A stretch of DNA of 24,000 nucleotides. It comes from an uncultured Nitrososphaerota archaeon (GTDB lineage Archaea; Thermoproteota; Nitrososphaeria; Conexivisphaerales; DTJL01). The notes below the pieces were generated by a model, which saw nothing but the letters and a program-made list of their open reading frames with translations, ran no database searches and was not told the DNA's origin. The stretch lies in the NCBI GenBank assembly GCA_963772005.1, contig CAVYVS010000025.1, positions 130,471-154,470 on the forward strand. The letters are read 5' to 3'. The translations under genes were made by a program, and so were the position numbers. Shown one piece after another: positions 14,952 to 21,482 of the stretch (position 1 is the first letter of the stretch; the number at the start of each line of letters is the position of its first letter).

Positions 14952-15450
14952 TTGAGGGAGGGAGCTCCTCTTCGATCTCCTTCCCGGTCTCCTTGTCCCG
15001 CACCACCAGCCGGCCTGCTGGGCAGTCGTTGACTTCGCGGATGACCAATTCGCGAGCCTTCGGGTCGTCGCTCTTCGTGTTCAGCTTCCAGACCCCTCCT
15101 TCAGCATCGCAGAAGCCGGCCAACGCACATAGCTCCTCCGCGTCGCTCAGGGTCAGCGTGGGCCCATAGAACTCCCTCGCCATATCAGAAAACGAAAGCC
15201 GGCTGGCCGTCTCCTTACCCTTGAACCTGATCTCCTTGTGTGTGTCATCGCAAAAGGGCTTCTCCTTAGAACCGCCGCACCTGCAGAGGTAGTACTCGCC
15301 CTGGGTCTCGAAGAAGGTCCACTCCTTCCATCCTATGGAGATCCCATCCTTGCCTCTAACGATGTTCCAAATAGCTAGCGGAACGTCCCCTGAGATCACG
15401 AAGGGACCATCCCTTGATACAACGATCTTCCTCTCCGACGTGCTGGCCAT
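14872..15450 (-). CDS. CDGSH iron-sulfur domain protein, N-terminal fragment (first CDGSH motif plus a Cys-containing central module)
   Basis: MASTSERKIVVSRDGPFVISGDVPL..., then YYLCRCGGSKEKPFCDDTH (CDGSH-type), then ELCALAGFCDAEGG...VNDCPAGRL. It ends ...GPLWVRGGIRIEST*, directly before the out-of-frame continuation. I use the ATG at 15450, preceded by GGAGG, rather than the ORF-track start at 15501. Confidence 0.8.
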   Translation of the reverse strand: MASTSERKIVVSRDGPFVISGDVPLAIWNIVRGKDGISIGWKEWTFFETQGEYYLCRCGGSKEKPFCDDTHKEIRFKGKETASRLSFSDMAREFYGPTLTLSDAEELCALAGFCDAEGGVWKLNTKSDDPKARELVIREVNDCPAGRLVVRDKETGKEIEEELPPSIGVVEDPGLGISGPLWVRGGIRIEST

Positions 15451-15596
15451 GGTCCTCCGAAGTGGAAGGGAGCTTTTAACGGTGGTGGGGAGGACTCCCA
15501 TCTTGCCATCTGGCTAAGGGACTCACACGTTCCACACTGCCTCCGCAAAGTCACGACAAGCGGGCAGGGGGCAATCTAGCAATAGGTGAAGGTCCG

Positions 15597-16304
15597 CTAT
15601 TCTGCCAGAGCATTCAGGACCGCTTTGGCCGCCCTGTCCACGTAGCCTTCAAGCTTCTCTGCTGGCAGAGTCTCCTTCTTCCCTATGTGCACCAGGGAGT
15701 CGCTCACGATTAGGAGCGAGGCCGCCCTGAACCCCCTGAGCAGGCCCAGCGTGAACAATGTGGCGCATTCCATCTCTACGCCCACCACACCTCTCTTCGC
15801 CCATCTTTCGACGAAGCCTTTGTCCTCGCCATAGAAGGAGTCGCTGGAGAAGACAACCCCGGTCCTACGCCTGAGACCCTCCTTCTTGCACATCTCGTCT
15901 ATGCGGAGCGTGAGTTCCATATCGGGGACTGCAGGCAGGGTCCCATCCGGCACGTACATCTCCAGGGAACCTTTCGTTGAGGCTGCCCCTATTGGGATGA
16001 CGAGGTCCCCTATCTCGAGTGCCTTCACCATTCCCCCCACAGTCCCCAGCCGGACGATGGTCTTCGCGCCCAGCATCCGCAGCTCCTCGAAGACTATGGC
16101 ACTGGAAGGGCCTCCCAGCCCGTGGGTGGCAACGGTCACCGCCTTCCCCTTGTAGGTCCCGGTGAACGTCAGCAAGCCCCTGTTTGAGTTGACGAGCTTG
16201 GCTTTCTGGAACATTTTGGCAACCTGCTTTGCCCTGGCCGGGTCCCCAACGGCCACGACCAAATCTGCCACATCGCCCTCCTCTGCCCTAATGTGGGCTG
16301 GCAT
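15597..16304 (-). CDS. deoD: Nucleoside phosphorylase, PNP/UDP family 1 (DeoD-type purine nucleoside / MTA / uridine phosphorylase)
   Basis: Collinear with E. coli DeoD from memory: HI.AE.GD.AD.V...GDP.RAK..A......LVN..RG.L.FTGTYKG....V..HG.G.PS..I...EL...G.K.I.R.G..G, then GVEME.A (VVGVEMECATLF) and VSD near the C-terminus. Confidence 0.9.
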   Translation of the reverse strand: MPAHIRAEEGDVADLVVAVGDPARAKQVAKMFQKAKLVNSNRGLLTFTGTYKGKAVTVATHGLGGPSSAIVFEELRMLGAKTIVRLGTVGGMVKALEIGDLVIPIGAASTKGSLEMYVPDGTLPAVPDMELTLRIDEMCKKEGLRRRTGVVFSSDSFYGEDKGFVERWAKRGVVGVEMECATLFTLGLLRGFRAASLLIVSDSLVHIGKKETLPAEKLEGYVDRAAKAVLNALAE

Positions 16305-16426
16305 CTCGCTCTCGCTTCCATCACCCCCCTCTTGACCTATAAGCAGGGCGCTTTCCCTGCCACGTCGTCAGGCTCACGACCCTATGCCAAGGGTTATTAG
16401 CTACTGGCCGTCAAGTTGGGTAACAC

Positions 16427-16777
16427 ATGCTCGAACTGAATTCGAATCAGGCGGCGAACGTCCTCCATGAGGTCCCCGGCGAAAGGAGCTTCTACTTCTA
16501 TTCCGGCCTGGAATCGCCCCTAGGCAGGTCGGCGAACAGCCTCGGACAGCTCATAGAGTCGATCAAGGACCTGCCTCTCCAATCGATTGAGTTTCACATG
16601 CTCAGGGCAGATTTCGCTAAGTGGATCTCGATGCTGGGGGACGAAACCCTTTCCAAGCAGATCGCCACCATCGCCCAGAGTGGCATCAGGGGGGAAAGGC
16701 TGCGCAAGCGCCTACTCCAGACCCTCAAGCTGAGAGAGGGCTGGCTGAAGCGGCGTGCTTCGGCCGGCTCCGCCTGA
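16427..16777 (+). CDS. Hypothetical protein (about 116 aa, soluble)
   Basis: ORF with coding-like composition (ERSFYFYSGLESPLGRSANSLGQLIESIKDLPLQSIEFHMLRADFAKWISMLGDETL). It reminds me of a conserved small domain of unknown function, but I cannot name it with confidence. Confidence 0.5.
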   Translation: MLELNSNQAANVLHEVPGERSFYFYSGLESPLGRSANSLGQLIESIKDLPLQSIEFHMLRADFAKWISMLGDETLSKQIATIAQSGIRGERLRKRLLQTLKLREGWLKRRASAGSA

Positions 16778-16860
16778 GCTAAGCCGGCTCGGATCCCACC
16801 CCTCACTATCGAATACCGACGGCGGAGTGGACCCTCTGGTGGAAGGCTGCTAAGATAAAC

Positions 16861-16885
16861 AAAAGGCCTGATTTCAGGCCAAAAA
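16861..16885 (-). terminator. Hairpin plus T-tract terminator candidate downstream of the 16913..17452 membrane-protein gene
   Basis: AAAA-GGCCTG-ATTT-CAGGCC-AAAAA on the plus strand. On the minus strand the 6-bp hairpin is followed by TTTTGTTTATCTT. It lies about 30 nt after the stop at 16913, between convergent genes. Confidence 0.45.
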
Positions 16886-16912
16886 GTTGGAAACGAGCGC
16901 TACCGTGGCTTT

Positions 16913-17452
16913 CTACATGGACTTCTTGCGTTCGGCGAAGATGTATCCAAGGCCGCCCAGGATTGCGCCGAGGGCAGCCGCACCGACGAGGAGGCCGATT
17001 GGGTCGACAAGCCCACCGAGGATCTGCACGTGGATCTGACCCGCGTTTAGACCGCCACCTCCGCTCGAAACCGGGGCTGCGGCCACGCCAGCCACATAAC
17101 CTCCGTACATTAGGAGGAATGCGGCTCCCGCGACCCCGACGTTCATGAGCAGGAGGTGAGCCCAAGCGAGGGCAGATGTGAGGCCCTTGTAGGCCTTATG
17201 CTGTACTTGTTCGATGTAGAAGTAGAAGATTGCGGTGACGGCTACCGCCACCACTCCGATGAGCAGGTATACGATGTAGCCGACGAAGAACCATGTTCCG
17301 CCTCCCCCTCCGGCGATGACCTTGGAAGGAGAATAGGAAATGTACGGGTCGATGATGAAGAGTGTCCATGCGACTGCGAGAAGCCCCTGAATGATGGAGG
17401 CCCAGATGAACCTCCCAGCCCATTTCCCTGGAGCTAGCGTGAGGGTAGACAT
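16913..17452 (-). CDS. Integral membrane protein, function unknown (4-5 TM, Gly-rich loops)
   Basis: 179 aa with strongly hydrophobic segments (FIWASIIQGLLAVAWTLFII; WFFVGYIVYLLIGVVAVAVTAIFYFYI; ALAWAHLLLMNVGVAGAAFLLMYGG; PIGLLVGAAALGAILGGLGYIF) and GGGGG/GGGG loops. TTTATATA (17478-17485, minus strand) lies about 30 nt upstream of the ATG. Confidence 0.65.
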   Translation of the reverse strand: MSTLTLAPGKWAGRFIWASIIQGLLAVAWTLFIIDPYISYSPSKVIAGGGGGTWFFVGYIVYLLIGVVAVAVTAIFYFYIEQVQHKAYKGLTSALAWAHLLLMNVGVAGAAFLLMYGGYVAGVAAAPVSSGGGGLNAGQIHVQILGGLVDPIGLLVGAAALGAILGGLGYIFAERKKSM

Positions 17453-17477
17453 TTCGGAATTGATAACGAAGGCTGAG

Positions 17478-17500
17478 TATATAAATATTACCTATATAGG
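17478..17500. promoter_or_regulatory. Divergent promoter core: TATATAAATATTA followed by the perfect palindrome CCTATATAGG
   Basis: This is the A/T-richest stretch of the window, between divergent genes starting at 17452 (-) and 17609 (+). CCTATATAGG (17491-17500) is self-complementary, so it presents a TATA element in both orientations. Confidence 0.45.
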
Positions 17501-17608
17501 TTAGAGATAAGGTCATTATAGTGGTTATCAGAGCCACGAGACGAACAAGAAACCTGCCGGGCGAAAAGGTAAAGAAAGGAACAAGGAACTCAAGAGTGCT
17601 GGTAGGAC

Positions 17609-18160
17609 ATGGTAGAAGAGCAAGACTGGCGCGTCCTCGGGTGCTTGGCGGATATGAAGACCGCCGCTTCGGCTCAAATCGCATCAATTCTGCATGTGAG
17701 CCTAGCGAGCGTCAACGAAAGCTACAAGGTCCTGTACGCCGCCGGTTATCTTCAGTTCGCCGACCGATCTGGATTCATGAGTGGTGCAAATGAATTCATC
17801 CTGGCAAGGGTCACCGAGCAGGGTATCTTGGCCGCGCACCGACCACATGAAGCAGCTATCCCCCCTACTGGTAGTGAGACTACTGCGCCAGCCAACGTTA
17901 AGGCTCCAACGAGCGGCACTGAAGGGATTGAAGCTATTCCCGTCGAGAAGAGCCTTGGTGCAACCATAGAGAGGGTCCTGCGGCTGTTGGACGAGAAGAC
18001 AGACCTGAGTGAGTACGAAAGAGGAGACCTTCGGCAGAAGATCAGGGACTTCCAGGATGCCGCTTCAGGTGGGAGTCGAGAGAAGGCACAGGCCATCAGG
18101 GGATGGTTCACAAAGTATGCACCCTGGATTGCTTCGGAGCTCCCATCTTTCGACGCATGA
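17609..18160 (+). CDS. Putative winged-helix (MarR/TrmB-like) DNA-binding protein with an acidic helical C-terminal domain
   Basis: The N-terminal about 75 aa (DWRVLGCLADMKTAASAQIASILHVSLASVNESYKVLYAAGYLQF) fit the wHTH pattern (.iL..L.....t..eIA..l.vs...V......L...G.l). A Pro/Thr linker and a helical C-terminus follow. Confidence 0.55.
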   Translation: MVEEQDWRVLGCLADMKTAASAQIASILHVSLASVNESYKVLYAAGYLQFADRSGFMSGANEFILARVTEQGILAAHRPHEAAIPPTGSETTAPANVKAPTSGTEGIEAIPVEKSLGATIERVLRLLDEKTDLSEYERGDLRQKIRDFQDAASGGSREKAQAIRGWFTKYAPWIASELPSFDA

Positions 18161-18366
18161 GCTGCCATTAGTATCCCAGCCCCTCAAAGCCGCTGAACCT
18201 GAAACGCTCCGGCCGGCCCCCAATTCCCTCCCTATATTTGTATTAGTATGGAATCTTCAATACTATGAGACGCATCAGACAATAAATTGAACACTGGATG
18301 GAATAACATGTAACACTTGCTGTCAAAGGTTCTAAGATTCTAGAACAGCTCGGAACCTTAGGGGCG

Positions 18367-18373
18367 TATATAT
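18367..18373 (+). promoter_or_regulatory. TATA box for the dehydrogenase-like/GT2 operon
   Basis: TATATAT is centred about 34 nt upstream of the TTG start at 18404. GAGG at 18392-18395 could serve as a Shine-Dalgarno-like element. Confidence 0.4.
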
Positions 18374-18403
18374 GTTGGCACCGAAGAGGGCGAGGAAGTT
18401 CGC

Positions 18404-19189
18404 TTGCGCTTGTTCATAATTGGCTCTGGGGTGGTTGGCAAGGCGACCGGGATTGGCCTCATATCGAAGGGGCACGAGGCCACCTTCTACGACGTTGACC
18501 CATCTCGGTTGAAGGGGCTTGAGCATCAGGGCTACGAAACGACGCAGGAGATTTCGGGTTTGGTCGACGCGGACTTTGTGGCAGTGTGCGTCCCTACGCC
18601 GGCAAAGGACCACAACCTCGACACCACTTTCGTCAGAGATGCCGTCAGCTCGGCCGCGCCGTTCATCCGAGACCAAGTGATCATGGTCAGAAGCACGCTG
18701 GTGCCTGGCACCATGCGCGGCCTGGCCTCAATCGTCCCAGCGCAGAACCTGACCCATAACCCTGAATTCCTGAGAGAAGCATCCTCTCTTGAGGACTTCC
18801 TCAGGCCGGACCGGGTCGTCATAGGCTCGGAGTCCAAGTCTGCCGCCTTGAAGGTCAAAGAGCTCTATTCGTGGTTCAACGGCCCCGTAGTCCGGACAAA
18901 CTGGGAGACGGCTGAGATGATAAAGCTCGTGTCCAACGCCTTCCTATGCACCAAGATTTCGTTCTTCAACGAAGTGTATTTGATGTGCAAAAAGTTGGGC
19001 CTGGACCCGGAAGTGGTATCAGAGGCAGTGGCGCTCGACGAAAGGATCGGGAAATACGGTACCCTCGGGGGGAGGCCCTTCGACGGGAAGTGCCTTCCTA
19101 AGGACATAGGCGCCTTGGTAGGCTTCACGGTCACGAATCCATCTGTAATCGTGGCGGCCCAGCAGTTCAACGATCGGCACATGAGGTGA
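18404..19189 (+). CDS. UDP-glucose/GDP-mannose dehydrogenase family protein, short form lacking the C-terminal UDP-sugar-binding domain
   Basis: Rossmann N-terminus MRLFIIGSGVVGKATG, then VAVCVPTP, NPEFLREAS...D...PDRVVIG, ETAEMIKLVSNAFLCTKISFFNE and the catalytic-Cys context GGRPFDGKCLPKDIGAL (family consensus GFGGSC.PKD). The protein stops about 25 aa later at 261 aa, where family members normally continue for about 120-180 aa more. Confidence 0.8.
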   Translation: MRLFIIGSGVVGKATGIGLISKGHEATFYDVDPSRLKGLEHQGYETTQEISGLVDADFVAVCVPTPAKDHNLDTTFVRDAVSSAAPFIRDQVIMVRSTLVPGTMRGLASIVPAQNLTHNPEFLREASSLEDFLRPDRVVIGSESKSAALKVKELYSWFNGPVVRTNWETAEMIKLVSNAFLCTKISFFNEVYLMCKKLGLDPEVVSEAVALDERIGKYGTLGGRPFDGKCLPKDIGALVGFTVTNPSVIVAAQQFNDRHMR

Positions 19190-20388
19190 CCAGGCTGCTC
19201 CAGTACCTTTGGCTCATCGGAATACTGCAGATCCCGTTCGTGGTCTACTTCTTCATCCGGTTCCTAGAGAACCGAAAGCAACTGATTCCCTACGTCCACA
19301 ACCCGCTTCCAGAGCACATCCCGTACCTAATCTTCCAGATCACCACCAAGTCCGGCCCGCCGGTCGTGCAGGAGGTCATCGACAGGATACATGAGGTCTC
19401 TGCGAGACACAACTTCACGAACTACCGCGTGGACGTAGTCGTGGACAAGGAGGTCCAGTTCCGGGGTGCCAACGTGTTGGTGGTGCCGGAATCTTACAGG
19501 ACCCCCAAAGGATCTCGCTTCAAGTGCCGCGCCATGCAGTACGCCGTCGAATGGCGCCGAAACACGCATGAAGACGGAGCTAACACCTGGATAATGCACC
19601 TAGACGAGGAGAGCTTCGTGACGGACCACCTCCTCATATCTGTCACGAAATACCTGGCGGGAAGCGACCCTGCGCCGGTAGCCGAAGGCCCCATCAACTA
19701 CCCCAACAAGCTCCTCCAGGTGCCTGCCCTCTGCCAAGTCGTCGAGTCCATGAGGCCCTACATATGCTATGACTGTGTGACGCAGATGAAGGGGCAGCTC
19801 CCCATCCACATGCACGGCTCCAACCTGCTGGTCAGGTCCGACGTGGAGGACGTGGTGGGGTGGGACTACAGAAACCCAGCCTCAGAGGACCAGCGGTTCG
19901 GCCACGAGGTCTGGCTGAAATACGGATCGACTGCGTTCGCCTGGCACGGGGGCCTCTTGGAGGAACAGCCGCCATTGACGTTGAGCAGCCTGATGAAGCA
20001 GAGGCGTAGGTGGTTCGTGGGGAACCTCTACAACATTAGGACCGGGGACATCCCTCTCATCAAGAAGCTGGAGATCTCGACCAGATGGCTGTCATGGGGC
20101 ATCGGCTTCATAGCCAGCCTCGCCGCCATCGCGACTCTCTTGGTCCCTCAGCAAATCGACACCATCTCTAAGATAGTCCTCACGACGATAACGGTCATGT
20201 GGCTCTTCAGCTATCAGGAGGGCCTCAGGATCAACCTGAAGAGCCTCAACCTGAGCACGAGGCAGAGGGTGTGGTTGCACCTGAAGACCTTGGTGCTGAG
20301 TCCCATAGCTGGGATATTGGAGACCTACGCGGCCTTCTCGGCCCCGTTCTACGTCAAGAACTTCTCATGGACGCCGACCGAAAAGTGA
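19186..20388 (+). CDS. Membrane-embedded family-2 glycosyltransferase, processive-synthase type (chitin/hyaluronan/cellulose-synthase-like; Glyco_trans_2_3-like)
   Basis: N-terminal TM (LLQYLWLIGILQIPFVVYFFI), cytosolic GT-A domain with HLDEES (DxD-like), GSNLLVR and ASEDQRFG (ED catalytic-base motif; compare chitin synthase EDR), and KQRRRWFVGN (QxxRW, identical to the chitin-synthase QRRRW). Three or four C-terminal TM helices follow. The GTG start overlaps the upstream stop as GTGA (19186-19189). Confidence 0.8.
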   Translation: MTRLLQYLWLIGILQIPFVVYFFIRFLENRKQLIPYVHNPLPEHIPYLIFQITTKSGPPVVQEVIDRIHEVSARHNFTNYRVDVVVDKEVQFRGANVLVVPESYRTPKGSRFKCRAMQYAVEWRRNTHEDGANTWIMHLDEESFVTDHLLISVTKYLAGSDPAPVAEGPINYPNKLLQVPALCQVVESMRPYICYDCVTQMKGQLPIHMHGSNLLVRSDVEDVVGWDYRNPASEDQRFGHEVWLKYGSTAFAWHGGLLEEQPPLTLSSLMKQRRRWFVGNLYNIRTGDIPLIKKLEISTRWLSWGIGFIASLAAIATLLVPQQIDTISKIVLTTITVMWLFSYQEGLRINLKSLNLSTRQRVWLHLKTLVLSPIAGILETYAAFSAPFYVKNFSWTPTEK

Positions 20389-20400
20389 AACCGTTCCCCT

Positions 20401-20913
20401 TTAGGCCGAAGAGTTGAGGCTTCCCAAAGGTCCCTTGTTCTTCGCCAGGAGCCAGAGGCCAACCAAGAATGCCCAGCCCACGATGGTCGCCATGACCACG
20501 CCGGAGAGGACGACGTCTGGAGTGCCGGTCAGCAGCCTCGTCCAGCCTATGCCCGGCGCGCTGTCGAGCCACGGCCACACGTTGGGGAGGGCCCTCTGGC
20601 CGATTATGTAATAGACCAGATCTTCTGTGCCGGTCGCGAACGGCACATAGGCGGAGACCGTCCAGACCGTCACGGACAGGATATCGCGCTTGTAAAGGGC
20701 CACCAGGGCGACGGTGGGTAGGATGACTGCCCACTTGATCGCTTCGAAAGCCTTGGCGTATGAGGCGACGACCGGTGGCAGGAGGGGAGCGTTTGACTTG
20801 AGTATGACTTCGTTCACGAGGACCCAATCGATGTAGGGAATAGTGATCAGGATGGCCACTTCGGCAGCTAAGAGGAAGAAGAACTCATTTGAAACCGGGT
20901 ACCGCCGCGCCAA
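20401..20913 (-). CDS. Integral membrane protein, function unknown
   Basis: 170-aa ORF with 4-5 hydrophobic segments (FFFLLAAEVAILITIPYI; WAVILPTVALVALY; VLSGVVMATIVGWAFLVGLWLLA). The TTG start is uncertain. It is convergent with the GT2 gene, with a 12-nt gap. Confidence 0.55.
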   Translation of the reverse strand: MARRYPVSNEFFFLLAAEVAILITIPYIDWVLVNEVILKSNAPLLPPVVASYAKAFEAIKWAVILPTVALVALYKRDILSVTVWTVSAYVPFATGTEDLVYYIIGQRALPNVWPWLDSAPGIGWTRLLTGTPDVVLSGVVMATIVGWAFLVGLWLLAKNKGPLGSLNSSA

Positions 20914-21049
20914 CGCCTAGGCGGACCTCCCCGCCCGGACTGGGATACCCATCCCCCCCGAAGGCATGACTCTCTGAGCAGCTGGTGCCATATTAAGCCT
21001 GCTGATTCGCGCCTTTCAAGCGGCGCAGGGCAGGCTGGGAGCCATGAAG

Positions 21050-21454
21050 TCACAATTTGGGCGGCTTCAGCATGGTCAGGATGCGCCCGAGGTCCGAGGC
21101 CGCGAAGCAGGCGATATCGAAGTCCGTGACGAGGCCCACGACGGTTTCCTTCTCTGTGACGGGTATGTGCCTGATCCGGTTGAGCCTCATTATGTTGGCT
21201 ATCTCGATCAGGTCCGTGTCGGGCGACGCGGTGGTGACCGGGCTGGACATGATGTCCTTGACTAGTTTCGCCTCCTTCTTCTTCCCCACCAAGCGGATGA
21301 AGTCGCTCTTTGTGAGAATGCCCTTGAGCTCCTTCCCCTCAATGACGAGAAGGCTTCCAATGTCCAGACTCAACATAAGCCTGGCGGCTTCTGAGAGAGG
21401 TGCGTCGGGGCGCACCTTCACAAGGCTGACGTTCATCACTTCGGAGGCTTTCAT
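21050..21454 (-). CDS. CBS domain pair protein
   Basis: Two CBS repeats: VMNVSLVKVRPDAPLSEAARLMLSLDIGSLLVIEGKELKGILTKSDFIR and IMSSPVTTASPDTDLIEIANIMRLNRIRHIPVTEKETVVGLVTDFDI. Confidence 0.85.
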   Translation of the reverse strand: MKASEVMNVSLVKVRPDAPLSEAARLMLSLDIGSLLVIEGKELKGILTKSDFIRLVGKKKEAKLVKDIMSSPVTTASPDTDLIEIANIMRLNRIRHIPVTEKETVVGLVTDFDIACFAASDLGRILTMLKPPKL

Positions 21455-21482
21455 GTCGGCAGACTGAGGGTGGACCGCTCTT

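Noticed and set aside
2445-15450. Programmed ribosomal frameshifting, or Sec/Pyl recoding, as the explanation for the split genes.
   Set aside because: The fragment pairs lie in different reading frames rather than being separated by an in-frame TGA or TAG, which rules out Sec/Pyl. The four sites share no common slippery heptamer or downstream structure and go in both directions (+1 and -1). The gene families involved are not known to use recoding.
20914-21049. A hairpin GCGCC-N8-GGCGC and a GC-rich spacer between the 20401..20913 membrane-protein gene's start and the CBS gene's stop, considered as a possible regulatory RNA.
   Set aside because: The stem is short with a long loop, no adjacent T-tract or conserved motif is recognisable, and the spacer composition matches the surrounding coding DNA.
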